From: Bacteroidales bacterium
GTDB lineage: Bacteria; Bacteroidota; Bacteroidia; Bacteroidales; GWA2-32-17
Assembly (NCBI GenBank): GCA_013314715.1
Contig: JABUFC010000012.1
Location: 169-64,168 of the forward strand
Direction of reading: 5' to 3'
DNA length: 64,000 bases
Under the pieces are notes generated by a model. It worked only from the letters and a program-made list of their open reading frames with translations, did not search any database and had not been told where the DNA came from. Position numbers and translations under genes: made by a program. This document shows positions 55,445 to 63,858 of the stretch, piece by piece; the first letter of the stretch is position 1, and each line of letters opens with the position of its first letter.

Positions 55445-56197
55445 TTAGTTTTTGCTTGCCAATAAACGAAGAATTACAAATATAATAAGACTAATTACAA
55501 TAATAGTAGCGGCAACAGGCTGGGCTGCCGATAAACCAAAAGAATTGAATCGTTCAAACAACAAAACCGACGATGTAGTAGGACGATAAGCAATTATAAT
55601 AATAGCGCCAAATTCGCTAATACCACGCGCAAACATCATAATAAATCCACTTACAATATGTTGCCAAGCTAATGGAAGCGAAATTTTAAAAAATGTTTGA
55701 GTATAGTTTATGCCTAACGATAACGATGCTTTTTCGAGCTTTTCGGGAACTGATATAAATCCTTCGCGGGCAGATTGTATAAGAAAAGGAATGCTTACAA
55801 AAGCCATAGCCAAACCAATGCCTATTGGCTTATCAATGATATTTAATGGGAAAAAACCTTTGGAGCTAAATAAAGTTAATAATGCGATACCGGCTGCCGT
55901 ATGAGGAATTACAATAGGAATATCGATAATGCTTATTATAAGGCGTTTTAATGGGAATTGCTTACGAGCGAGCACATATGCTAAAGGAATTGCCAACAAC
56001 GAAAATATTAAGGAAGTAATAAAACCTATCAAAATCGTAGTAACTAAACTTTGATGTAGTTCATTATCTGAAATAATTTTATGATAATCAGAATAATGAA
56101 TCGATAAAAATACCTGAACTAAGGGAGCAATAATAAATAATAATACTATGCCACTTAAAAGCCATAATATCCAACTAAAAACATTGGGTTTTATCAT
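55445..56197 (-). CDS. ABC transporter permease (CysTW/ModB-type)
   Basis: 250 aa, about 5-6 TM segments, EAA-loop-like 'SAREGFISVPEKLEKASLSLGIN'. Its stop lies 1 nt before the ATPase ATG. Confidence 0.85.
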   Translation of the reverse strand: MIKPNVFSWILWLLSGIVLLFIIAPLVQVFLSIHYSDYHKIISDNELHQSLVTTILIGFITSLIFSLLAIPLAYVLARKQFPLKRLIISIIDIPIVIPHTAAGIALLTLFSSKGFFPLNIIDKPIGIGLAMAFVSIPFLIQSAREGFISVPEKLEKASLSLGINYTQTFFKISLPLAWQHIVSGFIMMFARGISEFGAIIIIAYRPTTSSVLLFERFNSFGLSAAQPVAATIIVISLIIFVILRLLASKN

Positions 56198-56246
56198 GTA
56201 TTTTAACTCTTATATAAAAAAAGTCTCGTTTTTATTAAATAATATG

Positions 56247-56254
56247 CAAAAGTA
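56247..56254 (-). promoter_or_regulatory. -7 promoter box TACTTTTG for the ABC permease/ATPase pair
   Basis: The + strand reads caaaagta, 49 nt upstream of ATG 56197. Confidence 0.4.
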
Positions 56255-56276
56255 GAATAATTTTTTGTAACCTTTT

Positions 56277-57410
56277 TTAAAAATGTCGTGTTAACAAAAA
56301 AGCTAAATCGGTAAAAATTATTTTTGCATTTCCGTTTCGTTCTAAATGATAAAGTGCATCGCTAAAATATTTATACAATGCTTGTGCGGTAGGAAAAGTA
56401 ATAAAACGAGCAAATTTTTCAGAAAAATCTTGTTCTTCTTTCGTTAAAAATGTTAGCGATTTTAAGGAGGCTTGATTTAAAAAGTGATCGCGTGTAAATC
56501 GAAGGGCATATAATATAAAATCTTTTTGTTGTTCTTTAGATAAACCGGCTAATGTACTCGCCCATTTTATCATTTCGTCGCGACGGGGTTTGTTTCGGGC
56601 AACTTCAAAAGCTAAACGAAAAATTTGTACATACCAATTAAAAAATTCTTGTGTAGCATTTTGGTTTTCTAAAGCTTGAATGGCATGTGGTAAACTGCCA
56701 CCAGCTAATATAACAGCCTGATGTATTTCGTGTTCTTTATGTTGAGGATATTTTTCTTTTAAATATTGGCTTATACTAACATCATCGAGTAATGGAAATT
56801 TAACTATTTGACAACGCGAAACAATAGTAGGCAATAATAATTCAGGATTGCTCGATATCAGAATAAAAACAGTATAGGCAGGAGGCTCTTCGAGTACTTT
56901 AAGTATTTTATTAGCGGTAGCTGTGTGCATTCGCTCCGGTTGGTATATAACAATTACCTTGTATTTAGCTTCGTAATTTTTTACACTTAGTTTATTTATA
57001 ATTTCCAGCGATTCGTCGGCATATATGATAGGTTGTCCTTTGTCTTCAGCAACAATTTGGTACCAATCTGACGATTTAAAATAGGGGCGAGTTAATACAA
57101 AGTCGCGCCAATCGTTGATAAAATCGTCGCAAACAGCCGATGTTTTATTCCCTTTGTAAATAGGGAATACAAAATGTAAATCGGGATGAATAAGATGATT
57201 ATATTTATGACAAGACGAACAAGTGTTACATGAATCATCATTATGTGGCTTATGACAGTTAATATATTGAGCAAAAGCGATGGCAGTAGCTAACTTGCCT
57301 ACACCTTCAGGACCTGTAAATAAAAGTGCATGAGGAATTTTTTCCTGACGAGCAATGTAGGTTAATCGTTGTTTTATAAAGGTTTGTCCTACAATTTCAG
57401 CAAAAGTCAT
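56277..57410 (-). CDS. holB: DNA polymerase III subunit delta prime
   Basis: 'HALLFTGPEGVGKLATAIAFAQYINC' P-loop-like, Zn module 'C..C.SC', 'KVIVIYQPERM' and 'LLPTIVSRCQ' (SRC sensor motif). Confidence 0.9.
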   Translation of the reverse strand: MTFAEIVGQTFIKQRLTYIARQEKIPHALLFTGPEGVGKLATAIAFAQYINCHKPHNDDSCNTCSSCHKYNHLIHPDLHFVFPIYKGNKTSAVCDDFINDWRDFVLTRPYFKSSDWYQIVAEDKGQPIIYADESLEIINKLSVKNYEAKYKVIVIYQPERMHTATANKILKVLEEPPAYTVFILISSNPELLLPTIVSRCQIVKFPLLDDVSISQYLKEKYPQHKEHEIHQAVILAGGSLPHAIQALENQNATQEFFNWYVQIFRLAFEVARNKPRRDEMIKWASTLAGLSKEQQKDFILYALRFTRDHFLNQASLKSLTFLTKEEQDFSEKFARFITFPTAQALYKYFSDALYHLERNGNAKIIFTDLAFLLTRHF

Positions 57411-57427
57411 AACTATTAATTTCTTTG

Positions 57428-57435
57428 CAAATGTA
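57428..57435 (-). promoter_or_regulatory. -7 promoter box TACATTTG for holB
   Basis: The + strand reads caaatgta, 17 nt upstream of ATG 57410. A second match (caaattta) lies at 57448-57455. Confidence 0.45.
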
Positions 57436-57463
57436 AACGAATTTTGCCAAATTTAAACTTTGT

Positions 57464-57934
57464 TTATTCATTATGATAAGGTAATCCTTTTATTATTGTA
57501 AAGGCTCGATATATTTGTTCGGCAAAAATGAGTCGTATCAACTGATGGTTAAAAGTCATTGATGACAAAGAAATAGAGGTGTACTTTTGCTTAAGCGAAC
57601 GATGAATGCCATATGCACCACCAATAATAAAAACCAGTCGTTTTTTACCCGAATTTAACCATGTTTCAAGCTGATTGGCAAAACTAATAGAAGTGTAAGT
57701 TTTACCTTTTTCGTCTAATAAAACCACCAAATCGTTGGGTTCAATTTTTTTTTCAAAAAGAAGAGCTTCGGCTTGTATTTGTTCTTGAGGTACAAGTTTT
57801 CCATGGTTTTTAGGCTCTTGAACAACCTCTATTTCGATAGGGCAAAAATACGAGGTCCGTTTAAAAAATTCGTTAATGCCTTCGTTGATGTATGCACTAT
57901 CGGTTTTCCCAAAAACAAGCAGGCAAATTTTCAT
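57464..57934 (-). CDS. rlmH: 23S rRNA (pseudouridine1915-N3)-methyltransferase RlmH
   Basis: 156 aa. 'VLLDEKGK..SS..FA', 'FIIGGAYG', C-terminal 'AEQIYRAFTIIKGLPYH'. Confidence 0.93.
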   Translation of the reverse strand: MKICLLVFGKTDSAYINEGINEFFKRTSYFCPIEIEVVQEPKNHGKLVPQEQIQAEALLFEKKIEPNDLVVLLDEKGKTYTSISFANQLETWLNSGKKRLVFIIGGAYGIHRSLKQKYTSISLSSMTFNHQLIRLIFAEQIYRAFTIIKGLPYHNE

Positions 57935-57941
57935 TTATGAA

Positions 57942-59128
57942 TTACAAAAAGCGTGGTCGTTTTTGTTCGTATAGTTTTTTAAGAATAGCGGCTGCGTCTT
58001 GGTATTTATTATTTAAAATCATAGCTGCAATAATGTAAGGTTTAAAGCCAGCTTCTTTATATGTAGCAATACGATAACGTTCGAATACCGAAGCAGCAAC
58101 TTCGCCTTCTTTGCACGAAACACCCGAAATGTCGGCAGGTAAACAATGCATATAAAGTGCTTTACCTTGTTTGGTAAGCTTCATCTTTTCTTCGGTGCAT
58201 TCCCAATTTTTATATTTAGCATTGTTGGCTAATGCTTCTTTTTCAAGTTCTTTTAAGCCTTCTTTATCGCCTTTTTGGAGTAATTCGGTTCTGCGTTGCA
58301 TAATGCTAAAGGGTGCCCAACTCTTAGGATAAACGATATCGGCATCTTTAAAGGCTTCGTCCATGCTATTTGTGATGGTAAACTTACCACCGCTATTGGC
58401 AGCATTTTTCTTTGCAAGTTCTATTACTTCGGGGATTAAATCGTATCCTTCTGGATAAGCAAGTTCTACTTCCATTCCTAAGCGAGTCATTAAGCCAATG
58501 ATGCCTTGAGGAACCGATAGTGGTTTGCCATAGCTTGGTGAATAAGCCCATGTCATGGCTATTTTTTCCCTTTAAGATTTTCGAGTGAACCGTAAACATT
58601 TTTTAGGTGTAATAAGTCGGCCATGCTTTGTGTGGGATGGTCGATATCGCATTGTAAGTTAATAATACCAGGGCGTGTTGGGAGTACTCCATTTTCGTAA
58701 CCATCGTCTAATGCTTTGCCAACTTCGAGCATGTAGGTATGTCCTGCTCCTAAGAACATGTCGTCGCGAATGCCAATAATATCGGTTAAAAACGAAATCA
58801 TATTGGCCGTTTCGCGTACGGTTTCGCCGTGAGCAATCTGCGATTTGCTTTCGTCTAAATCTTGAACTTCTAAACCGAGTAAGTTGCAAGCAGAAGCAAA
58901 CGAAAATCGCGTACGTGTAGAATTGTCGCGAAAATTGGATATGGCTAAGCCCGAATCAAAAACTTTAGTAGAAATATTTTGATCTCTTAAATATTTCAAT
59001 GCTTCGGCAACAAGCAAGGTTTGCTTTAGCTCGTCTTCGGTTTTATCCCATGTTAAAAGAAAATCTTTGCCGTAGAGTTGAGTTTTTAAATTTTTTATTT
59101 GCTCTAAATAGTTGTCAAATGTATTCAT
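57942..59128 (-). pseudogene. ygeW: Knotted carbamoyltransferase YgeW, interrupted by a frameshift (two ORFs: 58559-59128 and 57942-58556)
   Basis: The N-half ('GKDFLLTWDKTEDELKQ...FRDNSTRTRFSFASA...SQIAHGETVRETANMISF...NLQCDIDHPTQSMADL...GSLENLKGKK*') and the C-half ('MTWAYSPSYGKPLSVPQGIIGLMTR...MHCLPADISGVSCKEGEV...') are colinear with E. coli YgeW, as I recall its sequence, across 'LENLKGKKIAMTWAYSPSYG'. The minus strand reads GGG AAA AAA TAG CC ATG. One more A would give GKKIAM in frame. Confidence 0.8.
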
Positions 59129-59143
59129 AAGCCATATTTTTAA

Positions 59144-60331
59144 TTATATAACATAAGCAAAAGCTGCATAAAAGGCAGAAGCTGCAACTAAGTCGCTAAT
59201 AGGCACTTTTTCGTTAGGTGCATGAGCTAAGACTTCGTTTCCAGGACCGAAGCCAATAACGGGAATACCGTAAACTCCATTTATTGTAACACCATTGGTA
59301 GAGAAGGTCCATTTATCGACATGTGGTTTTTTATGAAATAAATTTTCGAATGTTTTAATGCCAGCTTGTACTAATGGGTGATTTTCTTCGAGTTTCCAGG
59401 TAGGGAAATATTTTTCCATTCCATAACGTAAGCCTGTATATGCTGTTTCTTCATAATATAATACTTCGACTGTTGCGTCCATGTCTTTAACAATTTCTTC
59501 GATTTCTTTTACAGCTGTTTCTTTGGTTTCGCCCCAGGTAAGACGACGATCGAGATGAAATTGTGCATAATCGGCAACCGCACAAAGCGAAGGGCTTCCC
59601 GATTTAATTTCGGAAATAGTAACGGTTCCTTTTCCTAAAAACGGATCGTAAGCCAAACGTTCATTAAGTTTTTCTATTTCGAGTGCAGCCTTTGCTGCCA
59701 TATATATAGCATTTTTGCCGCGTTCGGGTGCACTGCCATGGCACGATAAACCTTTAAATTTTACTACTATTTCCATTCTACCACGATGTCCGCGATATAT
59801 ATTAAGGTTAGTAGGTTCGGTAGAAATAACAAAATCGGGACGAAGTTTTTCTTCTTCGATTAAATATTTCCAGCACAAGCCATCGCAATCTTCTTCCATA
59901 ACGCTACCTACAACGTAAAATGTGAGATCTTTGTCAAAACCTAGTTCTTTTAATATTTTACCAGAAGTTACTGCAGCAGCTGGACCTCCCTCTTGGTCAA
60001 CACTTCCACGTCCATGAACATAGCCATCTTTTATTTCGCCCGAAAAAGGATCAAAATTCCAATTGTCGATATTGCCAACGTCAACGGTATCCATATGCCC
60101 ATCGATAACAAGTTTTCTTTTACCATTTCCAATGCGTCCTATTACATTGCCAAGTCCATCGATTCGTACTTCGTCGAAGCCTGCTTCTTCCATTTGGCGT
60201 TTTAGCTCGAGCTGAACTTCTTTTTCTTGCATACTGGTCGATTTTATCTTTACCAGCTTTGAAAGATTGTTAGCCGTATAATCTCTATATTTTTCGGCTA
60301 AAGCATTAATTTTTGAAAATATATCTTCCAT
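59144..60331 (-). CDS. ygeY: YgeY family selenium-metabolism-linked M20 peptidase/hydrolase
   Basis: 'GFDEVRIDGLGNVIGRIGNGKRKLVIDGHMDTVDVGNIDNWNFDPF...GRGSVDQEGGPAA' parallels E. coli YgeY as recalled. Lies adjacent to ygeW, as in enterobacteria. ATG 60331 ('MEDIF') is preferred because a TAnnTTTG box (60355-60362) abuts the track's GTG start at 60355. Confidence 0.8.
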   Translation of the reverse strand: MEDIFSKINALAEKYRDYTANNLSKLVKIKSTSMQEKEVQLELKRQMEEAGFDEVRIDGLGNVIGRIGNGKRKLVIDGHMDTVDVGNIDNWNFDPFSGEIKDGYVHGRGSVDQEGGPAAAVTSGKILKELGFDKDLTFYVVGSVMEEDCDGLCWKYLIEEEKLRPDFVISTEPTNLNIYRGHRGRMEIVVKFKGLSCHGSAPERGKNAIYMAAKAALEIEKLNERLAYDPFLGKGTVTISEIKSGSPSLCAVADYAQFHLDRRLTWGETKETAVKEIEEIVKDMDATVEVLYYEETAYTGLRYGMEKYFPTWKLEENHPLVQAGIKTFENLFHKKPHVDKWTFSTNGVTINGVYGIPVIGFGPGNEVLAHAPNEKVPISDLVAASAFYAAFAYVI

Positions 60332-60354
60332 TACTAAATTAATTAAAAGGGACA

Positions 60355-60362
60355 CAAAGTTA
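60355..60362 (-). promoter_or_regulatory. -7 promoter box TAACTTTG for ygeY-ygeW
   Basis: The + strand reads caaagtta. It abuts the track's GTG start (60353-60355) and lies 23 nt upstream of ATG 60331. Confidence 0.45.
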
Positions 60363-60573
60363 AAACATATTTTAATTCAATAACTGATATTTTTCAATAT
60401 TTTATATTTTTTTGCTATTCAATATGGTTTGGTTGGGTTTTGAAAGTAGAAGTTTAATTTTAGTAATAAAAATAAAACAAGTAAGAGATTTTAATACTTC
60501 CCATACTGAAATTTAGCTGCTTAACTAATTAAGCAACCAAAAGTTTTAATTTTATTAAAAAATAATACAAAAA

Positions 60574-60810
60574 TTAACCGTTAACCACTTCTTTAATTTC
60601 GGGTATTTCGCGACGTATTGCTTCTTCGACGCCGTTTTTTAAGGTCATTAAACTATAAGGACATGCACCACATGCTCCTTGCAGGCGTACTTTAACAGTT
60701 AAGTCATCGGTTACTTCAATCAATTCGATGTCGCCACCATCGTCTTGGAGGTAGGGTCGAAGTTGTTCAATTATTTCAGCTACTTTAATATCAATTTCTT
60801 GTTTGTTCAT
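60574..60810 (-). CDS. NifU C-terminal-domain (Nfu-type) Fe-S cluster protein
   Basis: 78 aa. 'IRPYLQDDGGDIELIEV..D..V.VRLQGACGACPYSLMTLKNGVE' carries the CxxC Nfu motif. Confidence 0.9.
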   Translation of the reverse strand: MNKQEIDIKVAEIIEQLRPYLQDDGGDIELIEVTDDLTVKVRLQGACGACPYSLMTLKNGVEEAIRREIPEIKEVVNG

Positions 60811-60817
60811 AATAATT

Positions 60818-61900
60818 TTATTTATATTTAATTTCTACTTTTTTGGTTGGTTCTTGTTTATTACGTTCTTCGAGCGATTTTAATAAATTATTGCATAGTA
60901 TTCTGAATGCTTCGCCTTCGGGGCTATGTGCATTAACAACTGGTTTGCCGTGATCGCCCGATTCACAAATACTTTGTACTAGCGGAATTTGTCCTAACAG
61001 GGGGACGTTAAATTGTTGAGCCATGCGCTCGCCTCCTCCCTTACCGAATATATAATACTTGTTATTAGGCAATTCGGCAGGAGTAAACCATGACATATTT
61101 TCGATGATACCTAATACGGGAACGTTGATTGATGGATTGCGAAACATGCTGATACCTTTGATGACATCGGCAATGGCTACCTCTTGAGGAGTTGTAACAA
61201 TAGCAACTCCTGTAACAGCAACGGTTTGAACGAGTGTAAGATGTATATCACCCGTTCCTGGTGGCATGTCAATTAATAATACATCGAGTTCACCCCATTC
61301 GGTTTGTTCGATCAATTGCTTAAGAGCACTGGTTGCCATTGCGCCACGCCAAATAAGTGCTTGGTTAGGGTCTACAAAAAAACCGATACTTAACACCTTA
61401 ACGCCATATTTTTCTAGAGGTTTAATAAGTTCTTTACCATCAACTACCGATACTTCGGGCTTATCGTTTTCTAAACCGAACATTTTAGGCATAGAGGGTC
61501 CATAAACGTCGCCATCGAGCAAACCAACTTTATAGCCATTCATAGCTAATGCTACGGCTAAATTGGCTGTTACGGTCGATTTACCAACGCCGCCTTTTCC
61601 TGACGCTATAGCTACAATGTTTTTTACTCCGTTTAGTCCATTATATTGTTTAACTTTAATTTCTGGAAATTGGTTTTCGACTTTTATTTGTTGGCTATTG
61701 CTTAGTTTTATTTTTAGTAATTCTTCAACATTACGTTTAATGGTGTTTGCAAACGGATCGACTGGTTTTTTATAAAGTAAAACAATTTGAATTTGGTCGT
61801 TTTTTATTTCTATTTCGGATACAATGCCAGCGTCGACAATGTTTTGCTTTAGTTCAGGATGAATAATGGCTTTCAACCATTCTTTAATTTCGTCATGCAT
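60818..61900 (-). CDS. apbC: Mrp/NBP35 (ApbC) family iron-sulfur cluster carrier ATPase
   Basis: N-terminal DUF59-like domain. 'IVAIASGKGGVGKSTVTANLAVAL' deviant Walker A. 'LLIDMPPGTGD'. 'PLLGQIPL'. Confidence 0.93.
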   Translation of the reverse strand: MHDEIKEWLKAIIHPELKQNIVDAGIVSEIEIKNDQIQIVLLYKKPVDPFANTIKRNVEELLKIKLSNSQQIKVENQFPEIKVKQYNGLNGVKNIVAIASGKGGVGKSTVTANLAVALAMNGYKVGLLDGDVYGPSMPKMFGLENDKPEVSVVDGKELIKPLEKYGVKVLSIGFFVDPNQALIWRGAMATSALKQLIEQTEWGELDVLLIDMPPGTGDIHLTLVQTVAVTGVAIVTTPQEVAIADVIKGISMFRNPSINVPVLGIIENMSWFTPAELPNNKYYIFGKGGGERMAQQFNVPLLGQIPLVQSICESGDHGKPVVNAHSPEGEAFRILCNNLLKSLEERNKQEPTKKVEIKYK

Positions 61901-61914
61901 AAATGTTTTTTTTG

Positions 61915-61922
61915 CAAAAGTA
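61915..61922 (-). promoter_or_regulatory. -7 promoter box TACTTTTG for the mrp-nifU pair
   Basis: The + strand reads caaaagta, 14 nt upstream of ATG 61900. Confidence 0.5.
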
Positions 61923-61933
61923 CAAAATATTAT

Positions 61934-62323
61934 TTAGACTAATTCTGTATTGGGGTCCCAAAAATATGTTAAAAAATCTTTTATTTGGTTGTTTTCAATT
62001 GGAATCCCTTCGGCAAGTAATTTTTGTTCCATTTCGTCAGGTGTAGAAAAATGTGCTTTACCCGTTAGTAAACCTTTTCGGTTTACAACTCTATGGGCAG
62101 GTACGGGTGGGTGTATGCCATGCGATTGATTCATAGCCCAACCCACCATGCGTGCCGACGACTTACTTCCCAAAAACTTAGCAATTGCGCCATAAGTGGT
62201 TACTCTTCCGTAGGGTATAAGTCGTACAATTTCGTAAACCCTTTCGAAAAAAGATTCATTTCTGAATAGAGGGTCGGAGATATTGTTCTTCAATTTGATC
62301 GAATTCTTCATCGGATAGTTCAA
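61934..62323 (-). CDS. MGMT-family DNA-binding protein lacking the acceptor cysteine (alkyltransferase-like, ATL)
   Basis: 'RLIPYGRVTTYGAIAKFLG...ARMVGWAM...PAHRVVNRKG'. The canonical PCHRV active site reads PAHRV. The ORF overlaps the trmB 3' end by 56-68 nt, depending on which ATG is used. Confidence 0.8.
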   Translation of the reverse strand: MNYPMKNSIKLKNNISDPLFRNESFFERVYEIVRLIPYGRVTTYGAIAKFLGSKSSARMVGWAMNQSHGIHPPVPAHRVVNRKGLLTGKAHFSTPDEMEQKLLAEGIPIENNQIKDFLTYFWDPNTELV

Positions 62324-62996
62324 CTAATTCTTTTTGGGGTTTTGACCATTGTATATAGGTAATGTTTTTACCCTGTTGCAAAAATAGCGACTCATAATAA
62401 GTTGTAATAGGCGGTAAATGGTTGAGCCATGGTGTATGATAAACATTATCGGAATGGGCTAAAATGGTTACATTATTTTTTATAAGTAATTGAAAGGTAT
62501 ATTGATATAAAAATAAAGAATCGGTTTTTAAATGCAAAACGGCATTCTGTTTTAATATATTAAAATATTTATTTTGATAATACGAGGAAGTTAAGCGTTT
62601 TTTGGTCCATTTTTTTTTGGGTTGTGGATCAGGGAAAGTAATCCATATTTGGTCGATTTCTTCTTTATTAAAAAAATTTTCGATGAGTTCAATTCTGGTT
62701 CTTAAAAAAGCTACATTTGTTAAATTATGCTGTAATGCATATTTGGCACCCACATACATGCGTGCACCCTTAATATCAACACCGATGTAATTATTATGTG
62801 GGAAGGCAGAACTTAAGCCAATGGTATATTCGCCCTTGCCACAACCTAATTCGAGTATAATAGGGTGTTGATTATTAAATACACGTTGATTCCACTGACC
62901 TTTAAATTCAAAAGCATCTTCTTTGGCAATGGGAGGTTGAAAAACATTACTAAAATGACGCATTTCAGCAAATCGAGCGGTTTTATTTCTACTCAT
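62256..62996 (-). CDS. trmB: tRNA (guanine46-N7)-methyltransferase
   Basis: 'ILELGCGKGEYTIGLS', 'NYIGVDIKGARMY' and 'IWITFPDPQPKKKWTKKRLTS' are TrmB blocks. Confidence 0.92.
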   Translation of the reverse strand: MSRNKTARFAEMRHFSNVFQPPIAKEDAFEFKGQWNQRVFNNQHPIILELGCGKGEYTIGLSSAFPHNNYIGVDIKGARMYVGAKYALQHNLTNVAFLRTRIELIENFFNKEEIDQIWITFPDPQPKKKWTKKRLTSSYYQNKYFNILKQNAVLHLKTDSLFLYQYTFQLLIKNNVTILAHSDNVYHTPWLNHLPPITTYYESLFLQQGKNITYIQWSKPQKELVELSDEEFDQIEEQYLRPSIQK

Positions 62997-63001
62997 GCCT
63001 T

Positions 63002-63583
63002 CTATTTTAAAGGTTCTATACGAATACCAACATCTTCGATATGTTCTAATTTTTCGGTTCGCATGGCTTGTTCTAGTTTAAATGTGTAAGTACCGCTATA
63101 AGGGAAAAGTACATTCGATTTATACAGAAATTTGTTAAAATATAAATCGCCTAAATTGCTTTTGCCATACCATTTTCCTTTTTCGTCGGCAAGAATACAA
63201 TTAACGGTATCTCTTAACTCATTACCTTTAGGCGAAATAACGGTAATGAACATATAAAGATTGCGGCGTGCATAAAGACCATTGTTTCGAATATTAATGA
63301 ATATTTTATATGGGTTTAATGTGTCGGTTATATTTACTTTAAATTGTAAAATATTTTTTCGATCCCATGTTTTATGAGGAATGTTCTGGTTTTTTTCATA
63401 AAGAGCATTATCCGAACACGAATAAAATATAACGACAAAAAAACAAAATAGGATTAAAGTCCATTTTATGTTTTTTAAATTTAAAAATGAACTTAATTGT
63501 AAAAAATGCTCGCACTGAGCTTTTGAAAATATGAATTTTGCAAGCAATAATGTTTTAGATAGCTTTTTATGTGAATAAAACAT
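63002..63583 (-). CDS. gldH: Gliding motility lipoprotein GldH
   Basis: Lipobox 'VVIFYSCSD'. 'WDRKNILQFKVNITDTLNPYKIFINIRNNGLYARRNLYMFITVISPKG......ADEKGKWYGKSNLGDLY' matches the GldH pattern as I recall it. The start codon is uncertain: no in-frame ATG lies just before the signal peptide. Confidence 0.75.
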   Translation of the reverse strand: MFYSHKKLSKTLLLAKFIFSKAQCEHFLQLSSFLNLKNIKWTLILFCFFVVIFYSCSDNALYEKNQNIPHKTWDRKNILQFKVNITDTLNPYKIFINIRNNGLYARRNLYMFITVISPKGNELRDTVNCILADEKGKWYGKSNLGDLYFNKFLYKSNVLFPYSGTYTFKLEQAMRTEKLEHIEDVGIRIEPLK

Positions 63584-63602
63584 TTATGGTATTTTTTTAT
63601 CA

Positions 63603-63610
63603 CAAATGTA
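63603..63610 (-). promoter_or_regulatory. -7 promoter box TACATTTG for gldH-trmB
   Basis: The + strand reads caaatgta, 19 nt upstream of ATG 63583. Confidence 0.4.
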
Positions 63611-63850
63611 CACGAAAATTTTCATCTGTAATTATTTTTTTATTTTAAATTTAGTCTCGTCAATAAAAGGAGATTTAATATGCTATTTGAACAAATATTT
63701 TAGGAATAAGAAAAGAAAGTAAAACATGATTTTTAGTTATTAGCTATAAGATATGGTTTTAATTAAATATAATTAAAAAAAACGAATAAAATCAATTAAA
63801 TTTTTGTTCTCATTTTCTATCAATTACTTGATTTTTGTTAATCTTTGTTT

Positions 63851-63858
63851 TACATTTG
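63851..63858 (+). promoter_or_regulatory. -7 promoter box TACATTTG pointing toward the right window edge
   Basis: Fits TAnnTTTG on the + strand. No long ORF follows before the window ends at 64000. Confidence 0.35.

Noticed and set aside
58554-58570. Programmed -1 ribosomal frameshifting or transcriptional slippage as the primary explanation for the split ygeW
   Set aside because: The zero-frame phasing (GGG AAA AAA TAG) does not give a canonical X XXY YYZ heptamer. An A6 run is short for efficient transcriptional slippage. I see no obvious downstream stimulatory structure. Sequencing error or pseudogenisation is more parsimonious. It is kept only as a minor alternative in the finding.
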